Shown here: positions 37,443 to 47,507 of the stretch, one piece after another
Position numbering within the stretch: position 1 is the first letter of the stretch
Layout of the letters: each line of letters starts with the position of its first letter
The notes under the pieces: model-generated
What the model was told of the DNA's origin: nothing
Databases searched by the model: none
The model's input: only the letters and a program-made list of their open reading frames with translations
Assembly (NCBI GenBank): GCA_964491435.1
Contig: CAZBGE010000004.1
Location: 1-51,460, forward strand
Direction: 5' to 3'
DNA from: an uncultured Smithella sp.
Lineage (GTDB): Bacteria > Desulfobacterota > Syntrophia > Syntrophales > Smithellaceae
DNA: 51,460 nt
Program-made: the position numbers and the translations under genes

Positions 37443-37742
37443 TTATTTCGCCGCCGGAGCTGCTTCTTCAGCCTTCTTTGCCGCATCTTCAGCTTCTTTT
37501 GCGGCTTTCTTTGCTTTCTTTGCTTTCTTTGCCGCCTTCTTTTTTGCTCTCGTTTCTTTCGCTGCTTTCTGTTTTTCTTTCAATATGGCTTCATCTTCAC
37601 TCGACATTGTGGCGCCGCCGGATTTTGCCGCCTCAACCGTTGTGACCGCTTTTTCGGTTTTCGCCGCCGGCTTGTCAGCCGCGATCGCCATGGTGCTTAA
37701 TGCAAAAACCGCCACTACTGCAAACAATGCTAAACGCTTCAT
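37443..37742 (-). CDS. Secreted low-complexity Lys/Ala-rich protein (99 aa)
   Basis: Signal peptide MKRLALFAVVAVFALSTMAIA; AGGAGG RBS; KKAAKKAKKAKKAA tail. Confidence 0.75.
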   Translation of the reverse strand: MKRLALFAVVAVFALSTMAIAADKPAAKTEKAVTTVEAAKSGGATMSSEDEAILKEKQKAAKETRAKKKAAKKAKKAKKAAKEAEDAAKKAEEAAPAAK

Positions 37743-38238
37743 TAAAAAAATCCTCCTTGTTAATAGTGTCCTGATTACCCCTTAAATATTTTCAAGGGAC
37801 TCCGCCTATAGAAAAGCGCCATGCAAATTACTTCGCAACGGTCGCCAGTATCTCTTTTATTACTTGCTTTGGTCGATTTTTTATTAAAACTTTTTGCGAT
37901 TCCCTGCTCGGCCGCTCCGGACACAGCTAAATCTCAATCTTGGAAAATATAATCTATTTTGATGGAATCGTCCACTGCTATGTTGATGCTTCTTTCAATC
38001 TTGACCGCCCCAAGGGAGGCTTCTACATTTTTTCCCCTGGCTTTCTGAATAGCGATTTTCCAATCATTGTTTCGCTCTAAAGCAACGGACGTGCCAATTT
38101 CAAGTCCATGTAGCCAAGGCCTACTTGTTTGTATTAATTTATGAAAATTTTTGCGGCGGCCTGCTCACTTTTTATCAATGGCATAAAAGGGGAATAATTC
38201 CCTATTATTGAGGAAAAATGTTTCAATCACTCGGACAG

Positions 38239-38694
38239 TCAAGGTTTTTTTGCTCTGATCACGTTGGGAACACCTTTTTCGCCAAGATAAAACACCAGGA
38301 GCTTGACGGGAATTTTTCCTTTGTTTATACCGTTGTGGCGAAGATTGACAACCTCAATAATCACTTCCCCTTCCCTAAATTCGGCTGTTTTTCCGCCTTC
38401 TATTTCCACTCTCATCTGACCGGACAATACATACGCATAAACATTGATGGAATGGCTGTGCCAACCTGTTTCAGAGCCAGGTGCGATCTCCACAGTCATG
38501 ACGGTTACTACGGGATGGTCCGCATCCCGATAGTCAATAAGTTCGCCATTGCTCATTGTTTCCGTCTGCAGAAGGATATTTCCCTTTACACCTGCGTCAT
38601 ACTCGCCTGCCCCGCCCGGAAAAGGCGTCAACAACAGGAAACCCAGCAACATCCAAACACGGCTCTTCATTAATATCATACATAACCCCTTCAT
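38239..38694 (-). CDS. Cupin-domain protein with signal peptide
   Basis: TGWHSHSINVYAYVLSG and EVVNLRHNG cupin motifs. Confidence 0.8.
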   Translation of the reverse strand: MKGLCMILMKSRVWMLLGFLLLTPFPGGAGEYDAGVKGNILLQTETMSNGELIDYRDADHPVVTVMTVEIAPGSETGWHSHSINVYAYVLSGQMRVEIEGGKTAEFREGEVIIEVVNLRHNGINKGKIPVKLLVFYLGEKGVPNVIRAKKP

Positions 38695-38906
38695 GATTCA
38701 GATGTCTTTCTTCTCTCAGCATAAAGTATCGCTTAGCGCGCCTTTGACAATAAAAATGTTTCTCTCTCAAAAGACATCCTGTGTCAATCATGAGATTGCA
38801 AGAAAGATAATTGAGCCAATAAAAAATTGGCCTTCCCGCCATTTGGACTGCATCTGGAAAGCTATATTTTATTGACAGATGAAACTATTCTCAATATATT
38901 TGGCCT

Positions 38907-41591
38907 GTGAAAAATAAAAACCTTGTCAGCATACCGGTCGTTCCCGCGGATGATCTACAGCAGGCGTTGCGCATCCGCCGTTTTTTAATGGCGTTTTCAG
39001 CTTACGTTATTTGCGGTATTTTATGTTATTTCGCCTTTCTTGCCGGCTTCGTCACCTCGGAAGCCTTTTTTGGATGGCTGACCGCCGCCATCTGTATAAA
39101 CGTAGTCCTGTACGGATTTTTCCGCTCGGGATTGAATCTGAAAATGGCCGATCCAAGTCTGACGGTAATACAGATGTGCACCGCCATCATCATGGTCATG
39201 TATGTCATGTCGTATGCCAATGAGTTACGCGGCGTCCTGTTGCTGATTTACGTCATTATTCTCCTCTTCGGCATCTTCCGCCTCAATACAAGGGGCTTTT
39301 TATATGTCAGTATCTTCACCCTGGTGACTTATGGAGGGGTCATCGCTCAACTTCATTTCTTCCGGCCCCGGGGCGTCAATTTTCATATGGAATTTCTGCA
39401 ATGGGTTGTACTGGCGGGCGTCCTGGCCCTTTTTTCCATCATCGGCGGACATATTTCCGGCCTCAGGGTCATGATTTCCAGAGACCGTTCCACCATCAAA
39501 CGCCTGACCGATAATATTCATGATGTCATTTTCGTCATGGATATGAATATGAAATATACTTACGTGAGTCCCTCTGTGAAATCTCTGAGGGGATACGAGC
39601 CGGAAGAGGTGATAATTCAGGATCCCCTTGATGCGCTGACTCCTTCCTCCCGGGAACTGGCCATGAAAAATTTAGCCGAAGTTCTGGAACTGGAAAAAAC
39701 AGAACATCAGGAAGACATATCCCGGACACTTCAATTGGAAATCAAACGAAACGACGGGACCACCGTGTGGACGGAAACGAAGTTTACCTTTATCCGGGAT
39801 AAAAATAATCAGCCGGTGAATATTCTTGGCGCAATGCGTGATATTACCGAACGTAAACAGGCGGAATCACAAAAAGAGGCCGCGCTCGAAGTCATACGCC
39901 AGGGTGAGGAAAAATACCGCAACATCCTCGAAAGCATTCAGGAAGGCTATTTTGAAGTTGACCTTGCCGGCAACTTCACCTTTGTCAATGATTCCATGTC
40001 CCGGCTCACCGGATGCTCCAAAGAGGAATTAATCGGCATGAATCATAAACAGTTTACAAGCCCGGAAACCGCAAAAGAAGTTTTTCATGCCTTTAATAAC
40101 GTTTACAAAACAGGGGTGCCTTCCAAAGCGTTCGATTGGCGGATTATCAGAAAAGACGGCGCTGAAGGATTCATTGAAACATCCATCATGCTACAGAGAA
40201 ATTCATCAGGCAAGCCGACAGGATTCAAGGGAATGATCCGCGACATTACCGAACGCAAGCGGATCGAGCAGCAACTGAACTATATGGCGACACACGACGC
40301 CTTAACCGGACTGCCCAACCGCCTGATGTTCAACCAGTTGTTAAATCAGGCCATACGGTCCGCGCTGCGTCACAAACGTCAGTTAGCCGTTTTCTTTATT
40401 GATCTGGATCGTTTCAAGATTATCAACGATACACTGGGGCACGAAGCGGGAGATCGGTTGTTGAAGGAGATCGCCAGACGGTTTAGAAGCGCATTGCGCT
40501 CGGTTGATGTTGTCGGGCGTCTGGGCGGAGACGAATTCGTTGTCCTGATCGAGGAAGTGGATGATTTGAATCAAGTGGCCATTGTCGCCCATAAGATACT
40601 TTCCAACGCCATAAAACCGATGGTTCTCATGGGTGAAGAATGCCGTGTAACCGCCAGCATCGGCATCAGCATATATCCCAAGGATGGGCAGGACGAACAA
40701 TCCTTGATGAAGAATGCGGATATCGCCATGTATTTTGCGAAAGAAGAGGGCAAGAACAACTTCCAGTTCTACTCCAAGGATATTCAGTCGCAATCCACCG
40801 AACGCCTGGGGATAGAAACAAATCTGCGCCTTGCATTGGAGCGCAAGGAATTTTCCCTGCACTACCAAGCCAGGGTTGATTTCAGAACCGGCATGATTAC
40901 AGGCGTGGAGGCCCTTCTACGCTGGCAAAGTCCGTCTCTTGGTTCAGTCACCCCCACGCAATTCATCCCGATCGCCGAAACAACAGGGTTGATCGTGCCT
41001 ATCGGCCGGTGGGTGATGAAAACAGCGTGCGCCCAGAATATGGACTGGCAAAGCCAGGGACTTCCTCCCGTCTGTATATCGGTCAATTTATCGCTTCGCC
41101 AACTCATGGACGACAGGTTCCTGGAAGACATCAAATCCGCACTGGAGGATTCCGGAATGGCGCCGCATCTTCTGGAATTGGAAATCACGGAAAGTATGGT
41201 CATGCATAATCCCGCGCATCTGATTGCGGTGCTGCACAGCATCAAGAAACTGGGCGTGCGGCTTGCCATCGATGATTTCGGCACAGGATACTCTTCTCTC
41301 GCCCAGCTAAAAAACTTTCCGGTGGACACCCTCAAGGTGGACAGATCCTTTATCCGCAATCTGCCTCAAGACTCCGAGGACAAAGCGATTACCGAGGCGA
41401 TCATCGCCATGGGCAGAATCCTTAGCCTCACAGTTGTCGCTGAAGGGGTGGAAACACAGGCGCAGGAGGATTTTTTACGTAATCACATCTGTGATGAAAT
41501 GCAGGGTTTTTATTTCAGTAAGCCCATCGAACCGGATCAATTTGGCGAACTCCTGCGCAAGCATAACCTCCTTTCCCAACAATCCGCCTGA
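38907..41591 (+). CDS. Membrane-anchored PAS-PAS-GGDEF-EAL protein
   Basis: N-terminal TM bundle, two PAS/PAC (RDITERK), intact GGDEF, EALLR, DDFGTGYSS. Confidence 0.92.
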   Translation: MKNKNLVSIPVVPADDLQQALRIRRFLMAFSAYVICGILCYFAFLAGFVTSEAFFGWLTAAICINVVLYGFFRSGLNLKMADPSLTVIQMCTAIIMVMYVMSYANELRGVLLLIYVIILLFGIFRLNTRGFLYVSIFTLVTYGGVIAQLHFFRPRGVNFHMEFLQWVVLAGVLALFSIIGGHISGLRVMISRDRSTIKRLTDNIHDVIFVMDMNMKYTYVSPSVKSLRGYEPEEVIIQDPLDALTPSSRELAMKNLAEVLELEKTEHQEDISRTLQLEIKRNDGTTVWTETKFTFIRDKNNQPVNILGAMRDITERKQAESQKEAALEVIRQGEEKYRNILESIQEGYFEVDLAGNFTFVNDSMSRLTGCSKEELIGMNHKQFTSPETAKEVFHAFNNVYKTGVPSKAFDWRIIRKDGAEGFIETSIMLQRNSSGKPTGFKGMIRDITERKRIEQQLNYMATHDALTGLPNRLMFNQLLNQAIRSALRHKRQLAVFFIDLDRFKIINDTLGHEAGDRLLKEIARRFRSALRSVDVVGRLGGDEFVVLIEEVDDLNQVAIVAHKILSNAIKPMVLMGEECRVTASIGISIYPKDGQDEQSLMKNADIAMYFAKEEGKNNFQFYSKDIQSQSTERLGIETNLRLALERKEFSLHYQARVDFRTGMITGVEALLRWQSPSLGSVTPTQFIPIAETTGLIVPIGRWVMKTACAQNMDWQSQGLPPVCISVNLSLRQLMDDRFLEDIKSALEDSGMAPHLLELEITESMVMHNPAHLIAVLHSIKKLGVRLAIDDFGTGYSSLAQLKNFPVDTLKVDRSFIRNLPQDSEDKAITEAIIAMGRILSLTVVAEGVETQAQEDFLRNHICDEMQGFYFSKPIEPDQFGELLRKHNLLSQQSA

Positions 41592-41680
41592 TTGTCATTG
41601 TTCACCAAGGAAATTTTTGACAATCCCTGTTGCCAGTCCGGTATCACCGGTGTTGCCACCCGCCATCGGATGGGTCATAA

Positions 41681-43540
41681 TCACGCTGTTGTATGGAAAG
41701 GGATGGTAATTCTATATACGCCTCCGGATAAAACCGTCTGCACCGGGTAGAGCGATTTTTCGTAAACTTTCAACATGGCCCGGTTGTTTTCCAGAACATC
41801 GGCCTTCAATCCGGCAATGCCTTCTTCCCGGGCGGACCGGATCAAGAGGTTGAAAAGATAGGTTGAAATGCCCCTGCCCTGATACTGCTCATCCACAATG
41901 AATGCTGTGTCGGCGAAGGAATCGCCGCGGGATTTGACATAGCGGGCCTCGCCGATAATTTTCTCCACGCCGGATTCTTCAATGATCGCCACAATGGACA
42001 TGGTGTAGCGGTAATCCACGTTGACATATTCCTGCATTTTTTTATGGGGCATGGTTTTGATCGGGCTGAAGTAGCGATAATAGACCGCCTGATCGGAAAA
42101 CCGGTAAAACAAACGGCGCATTTCTTCTTCATCGGACGGCTTGATGGCCCGGAAACGGACCGTCAGATTTTCCTTAAATTTATGCGAGCAGGCGATTTTC
42201 TCCGGATAGAGATGACCGGAGCCGGCAAAATAAATCTGGTCGGCGTAAATCATCTTTTCTTCCTTGGCCTGCCGGACCAGATCGGCGCGGTCATCGGGAT
42301 GCGCAATTTCAATGAGCGCCTGCGCCCGTTCCCGGAGCGTCCTGCCCATCAGATAGGCCACGCCGTATTCCGTCACGACAACGTCCATGGATTCACGATT
42401 GGTAAACTGGAAAGGATACTTATCCAGAGAGAGCAGAATATTGGATTCTCCCCTGCGGTTGCGGCTGGGCAGGGCAAAAACGTTGCGGCCGTTTCTGGAA
42501 AGCGTCGCCCCCCAGAAAAGCTCCTGCACATTGCCGGGACCGGCGGTAACATTTCCCTTTCCGGAGTGCAGGGCGATGTTGCCGGTCAAATCCACTTTCC
42601 GCGCCGGGAAAATGGCTACCATATTGTCGTTGAGTCCGATGGTGCGGGGATCCATCACGATATCCTGGGGCTGGAATTCCACAAGCGCATTTAAATCCAG
42701 CCAGTTCATCAACTCTTTGGTTCCGATAATATAGGAGGCGCAGGTCTTGCCGCGAAAAACGCCTTTATAGCGGTTGGTCACAGCCCCGCTTTTGATGAGA
42801 TCCATCAAAGCATCGGTAAAGAAAGGGGAATGCACGCCCAGATTTTTTTTTGTGGACAGGACTTTGGCCAACGCCTCATAAAGCGGCCCGATGCCATAGG
42901 AAATACAACTGCCGTCCGGAATGACCGACGCCACGTTCGCGGCAATTTTCAGATAAAGCTCCTGCAGCGGCCAACGGCCCACATAATAAGGCGGCTCGGT
43001 CGCCTCGACCAGATAGTTAAAATCATCCATGTTCACCATGGTGTCGCCCATAGTCCGGGGGATCTGGGCGCTGATTTCGCCGACAACGATTTTAGCCATT
43101 TCCATGGCTTGCCGCTCCACGGAAGCACCCACCAGATAAGCATAACCGTTTTCATCGGGAGGGGTCACCTGAATGAAGGCCACATCAATATTTATGGCGC
43201 CGGTTTTAAAAAGCCAGGCCACGCGCGAGAAGCGGCTGGGAATCAAATCCACTCTCCCCTGACTGATGGCATCGGAGGCCAGCCATCCGGAAAAAAATGT
43301 CTTTAAACGGAATTTTCGGGCATACCGCTCATCAATGGCCACTGCATCGCCAAGGCTGACCAGTTGGATCAACTCCAGATCCTGCAGGTTGAACTGAGTG
43401 GATTCCATCAGGTGCTTGACCAGCGTCCGGGGCTCGGCCATACCCGTCCCCAGAAAAATACTCATGCCCGGATCAATTTTCGACAAGGCTTCCTCGGGCG
43501 CTACGATTTTTTGCTTCCACATATCGGCGCTCTCATTCAA
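41681..43540 (-). CDS. Acetyl-CoA hydrolase/transferase-fold protein fused to a C-terminal GNAT
   Basis: Family I CoA-transferase-like body (VVTEYGVAYL.G.TLRERAQALIEIAHPDDR); GNAT with YYRYFS and QYQGRGIS. Confidence 0.85.
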   Translation of the reverse strand: MNESADMWKQKIVAPEEALSKIDPGMSIFLGTGMAEPRTLVKHLMESTQFNLQDLELIQLVSLGDAVAIDERYARKFRLKTFFSGWLASDAISQGRVDLIPSRFSRVAWLFKTGAINIDVAFIQVTPPDENGYAYLVGASVERQAMEMAKIVVGEISAQIPRTMGDTMVNMDDFNYLVEATEPPYYVGRWPLQELYLKIAANVASVIPDGSCISYGIGPLYEALAKVLSTKKNLGVHSPFFTDALMDLIKSGAVTNRYKGVFRGKTCASYIIGTKELMNWLDLNALVEFQPQDIVMDPRTIGLNDNMVAIFPARKVDLTGNIALHSGKGNVTAGPGNVQELFWGATLSRNGRNVFALPSRNRRGESNILLSLDKYPFQFTNRESMDVVVTEYGVAYLMGRTLRERAQALIEIAHPDDRADLVRQAKEEKMIYADQIYFAGSGHLYPEKIACSHKFKENLTVRFRAIKPSDEEEMRRLFYRFSDQAVYYRYFSPIKTMPHKKMQEYVNVDYRYTMSIVAIIEESGVEKIIGEARYVKSRGDSFADTAFIVDEQYQGRGISTYLFNLLIRSAREEGIAGLKADVLENNRAMLKVYEKSLYPVQTVLSGGVYRITIPFHTTA

Positions 43541-44726
43541 ACATTTCTTTATCCCGCCGGTACCAGTAATCGGGGATAATGCGATACATCAATCGGGAGA
43601 AAGGTCCGATGTATTCATTTTTTCTTTTATCAAACTGGCAGGCGTGAATAATCATGTCCTTAATCGCGTCTTTATGGCCGCCCTTGTTAAAGATATTATA
43701 GGCGCAGGAAAAAAGCGGGCTGTACATATTTTTCTTTTCCAGATACTTATAGACATTGCGAATCGTGTTGGGCCCTTCCGGAGTGCCGTCGATTCTTCCC
43801 AGCACCTTCAGATTGGTTTCAATCGGATTGCCGGTATAGAGATCATAGAAATACTTTCCGTAGCGGTAATTCTTGCTGGCCAGGGAAGAAACGGTTACAT
43901 ACATGTCGCCAACGCCGGCCTGCGAGTGAAAAGCCTGAAAACCGCCTCCCAGCAGACGGGTGAGCGACCGGATTTCCACGCCGGAACGGGCAAAGATGGT
44001 GCCGGGGATCGAATCACCCAGATCCAGCGAATCCGTCAATCCCTTGATATTGGCCACAATATTTTTCAGCGCGCCGCAGGCTTCCACCCCGATTTTGTCA
44101 AAATTATAATAAGCATTGAGCTCTTTGCGGTTGAATATCAGCAAATGATCACGAATAATATTGGCCGTGCGCCGGTTCCCGGCGACAGTTACGCAAACCG
44201 GTTTACCCAGAGCAATATCTATATCAAAAAAGGGCCCGCCGATACAGGCGACCTGACACTTCTGCTCCAGATTATACAAATGGTTATGAATAAGTTGTGA
44301 AGGAGTAATCAACTCGCTGGTTTTTTCGTCGGCGATCAACCCCTTGATGGGCGAAATCAGGCAGGTATCCCCCGCTTTTTTATCAATGATCGGTTTGAGA
44401 TAATTGAGCAATTCCGGCAGACGATTCATGGTGACGGCCAGAATAATAAAGTCATTGTTCTCGACAATATGTTCAAGATCATTGGTCGCATAAACCTTCG
44501 GCGATAAACGAGGAACCAGATCCATGCCGCCCAGACATTTGGCCAGATCCTCCGTCAAATGAATGGGATTCAGATGGTCACGGTTAATGGCCTTGCAGAC
44601 ATCCGAGTTGTGGTAATAAATAGCAATGCGCTTGTTATCGCGTCCCAGCTTGTAGGCAAACGACGTGCCCAGACGCCCCGGTCCGATAATGGCGACTCTT
44701 GTCGTATCTAAATTGGAAACAATCAT
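43533..44726 (-). CDS. Divergent NAD(P)H-dependent glycerol-3-phosphate dehydrogenase-like protein
   Basis: IIGPGRLG Rossmann motif, PIKG, GALKN catalytic Lys, GVGDMYVT. Confidence 0.7.
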   Translation of the reverse strand: MIVSNLDTTRVAIIGPGRLGTSFAYKLGRDNKRIAIYYHNSDVCKAINRDHLNPIHLTEDLAKCLGGMDLVPRLSPKVYATNDLEHIVENNDFIILAVTMNRLPELLNYLKPIIDKKAGDTCLISPIKGLIADEKTSELITPSQLIHNHLYNLEQKCQVACIGGPFFDIDIALGKPVCVTVAGNRRTANIIRDHLLIFNRKELNAYYNFDKIGVEACGALKNIVANIKGLTDSLDLGDSIPGTIFARSGVEIRSLTRLLGGGFQAFHSQAGVGDMYVTVSSLASKNYRYGKYFYDLYTGNPIETNLKVLGRIDGTPEGPNTIRNVYKYLEKKNMYSPLFSCAYNIFNKGGHKDAIKDMIIHACQFDKRKNEYIGPFSRLMYRIIPDYWYRRDKEMFE

Positions 44727-44837
44727 TCCCGCCTGCTCTTCCGCAAATATTGAACTGATGATACTGCCAGATCCTAATAGCCTTTTCTAAAAAAGTAAAA
44801 CAAAATTTGCCGGGATACGGCTGTTTTTAGTTGCATT

Positions 44838-45557
44838 ATGGCAGAGGATTGTTTAGAAACCAGAAGAAAACAATACTTCATGGAAAAGAGCAAATATCTT
44901 ATGCCCCGGGAAAAAGTTCTTCATTATCCAAACGGCGCCGTCAAGGAAAAGAAATATGTGCTGGAAGGAAAAATGGAGCGTGAATATACAACTTTCTTCT
45001 CCAACGGCCAGATCATGGCTCAGGTTCATTTTACCCGCGGCGCAAAAAACGGTCCCGCCGTCAGCTATTACGCCAACGGACAGATTCGGGAAAAAGCCCA
45101 TTTCATCAATGATAAAATGAACGGTCTCTACGTTTCCTATTTCGAAAACGGACACGTGCGGGAAGAGGAAAACTATCAAGATGGAAAACTGCACGGTTCC
45201 TACCGCCGCTACTATAAAACAGGCGAGCTGCGGGAAGAAGAAAATTTTCAAAACGGAAAGTTCGAAGGAGAATATGTCTGCTATTATAAAAGCGGACAGA
45301 TCAAGGAAAAGGGATTCTTTAAAAACGATAAACGCGAAGGCGACTATATTGCTTATTTCAAAAACGGACAGCTCAAAGAAAAGGCGGTTTACAAAAAAGG
45401 AAATCTTTGCGGCAAATTTCTGGCCTTTAATGAAAACGGCGACCCGATTGACCCAGGCGCCGTAAGCGAAGACGATTCGTCGCGCACCTGGGATGAAAAA
45501 GATGTGGCCAATTTACTGCATGATCTGACTCATTTTGAAACAAAAAAGAAAGAATAA
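44838..45557 (+). CDS. MORN-variant repeat protein (YwqK-like)
   Basis: About seven ~24-aa repeats of the form G.Y..YY.NGQ..E...Y.DG; start may be 44880. Confidence 0.8.
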   Translation: MAEDCLETRRKQYFMEKSKYLMPREKVLHYPNGAVKEKKYVLEGKMEREYTTFFSNGQIMAQVHFTRGAKNGPAVSYYANGQIREKAHFINDKMNGLYVSYFENGHVREEENYQDGKLHGSYRRYYKTGELREEENFQNGKFEGEYVCYYKSGQIKEKGFFKNDKREGDYIAYFKNGQLKEKAVYKKGNLCGKFLAFNENGDPIDPGAVSEDDSSRTWDEKDVANLLHDLTHFETKKKE

Positions 45558-45581
45558 CCAAGTAAGCTTCGGAAAGCCATT

Positions 45582-46457
45582 ATGATTAACACCATCCTCA
45601 TGCCGGTTGACGGATCGGCCAACAGTTTCACCGCAGTTGATTACGGCGCCTATCTTGCGCCAAAACTTGAGGCCTCCCTGACAGGATTGCACGTCATTGA
45701 CGTCAATCTCCTTCAAGGGCCGATGATGACGGATATGTCCGCCACCGCCGAAATGCCATCCTGTGACGTTTTTTTCGAAGAGATTGAAACATCTCTGCAG
45801 GAAAAAGCTGATGACATATTGAAAAATTTTAGAGATCGATGCAAAACGGCAGGCGTTTCCTGTCTTGCCAAAAAAAATATCGGCGCCATCAAATCCGCCA
45901 TCATTGAAGAAGCCGAAACGTCTGATTTAGTTGTCATGGCAAAAAATGGGAAGCGCTTTCATCTCAAAGAAGGCGGCATGATCGGCTCAGTCACCGAAGT
46001 TGTGATTCGCCGTTCAGGAAAGCCAGTTATGGTTATTCCCGAATCCTTTCAAAAAATTAAAAGCATAGGAATGGCTTACGACGGCAGCGCTTCCGCCAGA
46101 GAAGCGTTACAACTGACGCTGAATGTTTCCAAGCAGACCAAATGGCCGGTGACCGTCGTGATCATCAGCGCGGATACAGCCAAAGCGGCGGATTTATCGG
46201 CACAGGTCAAGTCCATCGCCCAAGAAGGCCTGGCGGGCTGCGAAGTTATCATTTCATCAGGCAAGGAAGCAGATGAAATCCTCAAATTCATCAGGGCGGG
46301 TTCGATAGAACTGATGGCCATGGGGGCATACGGCCACAACCGTCTGCGTGAACTGATCCTGGGCAGCACAACCTCCCAAATCATCCAGAAAAGCCCCATT
46401 CCCATATTACTGGTCCGTGACCCTTTTAAAATCCGGAAACGCAGCGTCAAACGGTGA
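45582..46457 (+). CDS. Universal stress protein (two USP domains)
   Basis: ILMPVDGS; MGAYGHNRLRELILGSTT. Confidence 0.9.
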   Translation: MINTILMPVDGSANSFTAVDYGAYLAPKLEASLTGLHVIDVNLLQGPMMTDMSATAEMPSCDVFFEEIETSLQEKADDILKNFRDRCKTAGVSCLAKKNIGAIKSAIIEEAETSDLVVMAKNGKRFHLKEGGMIGSVTEVVIRRSGKPVMVIPESFQKIKSIGMAYDGSASAREALQLTLNVSKQTKWPVTVVIISADTAKAADLSAQVKSIAQEGLAGCEVIISSGKEADEILKFIRAGSIELMAMGAYGHNRLRELILGSTTSQIIQKSPIPILLVRDPFKIRKRSVKR

Positions 46458-46573
46458 TTGCTGAATTTCTGCGCGCATCCCGGACAAAAGGCTATGGTTA
46501 ACGCAAGGTGTTTGCCAACGTGTTGCGATGAAAAATGGAAATAAGTCCGCCTGAGCAAAAGGAGAAAATCATC

Positions 46574-47410
46574 ATGTTCAAAAACATTCTTGTTCCAGTT
46601 GACGGATCGGCCAACAGCGCCACCGCAGTCAATTACGGCATTTATATCGCGCCAAAATTCGAGGCATCCCTGACGGGGCTCCACGTCATCGACATATTTC
46701 TCATTCAGGGACCGGTAACGACGGACATTTCCGCCGCCGGAATGCCGCCCTGTGACGGTTTTTTTGAAGTCGTCGAAGCATCTTTGGAAGAAAAAGCCGA
46801 TTTAATATTAAAAAACTTTCAGGAACGCTGCCAAACAGCCGGCGTTGCCTGCTCTGCCCAAAAAAGCATCGGTAAAATCAGCGACAACATCATTGAAGAA
46901 GCAGGAAACGCTGATTTGATTTTAATGGCGAAAAAAGGAGAGCATTTTCACTTAAAGGAAGGGGGGCTGCTCGGGTCGGTGGCTGAAGCCGTGATTCGCC
47001 ATTCAGGAAAACCAGTGATGGTCGTTCCGGAATCCTATTGCGAAATCGAAAGCATGGGACTGGCCTATGACGGCAGCGCCTCTGCAAAAAAAGCATTGGC
47101 TTTGTCTTTGAGCATCTCCGAACAGGCCAAATGGCCGATTACCGTTGTGATTGTCAGCGCGGATACGGCAAAAGCGGCGGCTTTATCGGAACAGGTCGAG
47201 GACATGGCCCAAAAAGGCTTGGCCGATTGCGAAATCATCATTTCGTCAGGCAAAGAAGCGGATGAAATCCTGAAGTTCATTCGTGAAGGTTCCGTAGAGT
47301 TGATGGTTATGGGCGCATACGGCCATAACCGTCTGCGCGAATTGATCCTGGGCAGCACAACCTCCCACATCATTCAGAAAAGCCCGGTTCCGGTGCTTCT
47401 GATCCGTTGA
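46574..47410 (+). CDS. Universal stress protein (two USP domains), tandem paralog
   Basis: MFKNILVPVDGS; MGAYGHNRLRELILGSTT; start moved to 46574 (GGAG RBS). Confidence 0.9.
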   Translation: MFKNILVPVDGSANSATAVNYGIYIAPKFEASLTGLHVIDIFLIQGPVTTDISAAGMPPCDGFFEVVEASLEEKADLILKNFQERCQTAGVACSAQKSIGKISDNIIEEAGNADLILMAKKGEHFHLKEGGLLGSVAEAVIRHSGKPVMVVPESYCEIESMGLAYDGSASAKKALALSLSISEQAKWPITVVIVSADTAKAAALSEQVEDMAQKGLADCEIIISSGKEADEILKFIREGSVELMVMGAYGHNRLRELILGSTTSHIIQKSPVPVLLIR

Positions 47411-47507
47411 CGCTTTCTGCATGTCCGCATTGCTCTTGAATTTGAGACACAGAGGCAGGAAAGCGGAAAGATCTTCAGTCTTTCTCCCGGGAAGGCTCTC
47501 ACCAAGC

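Noticed and set aside
37934-38164. Start-less 76-codon minus-strand open frame (…WLHGLEIGTSVALERNNDWK…DYIFQD)
   Set aside because: May be a gene remnant, but it has no start codon and no recognisable family.
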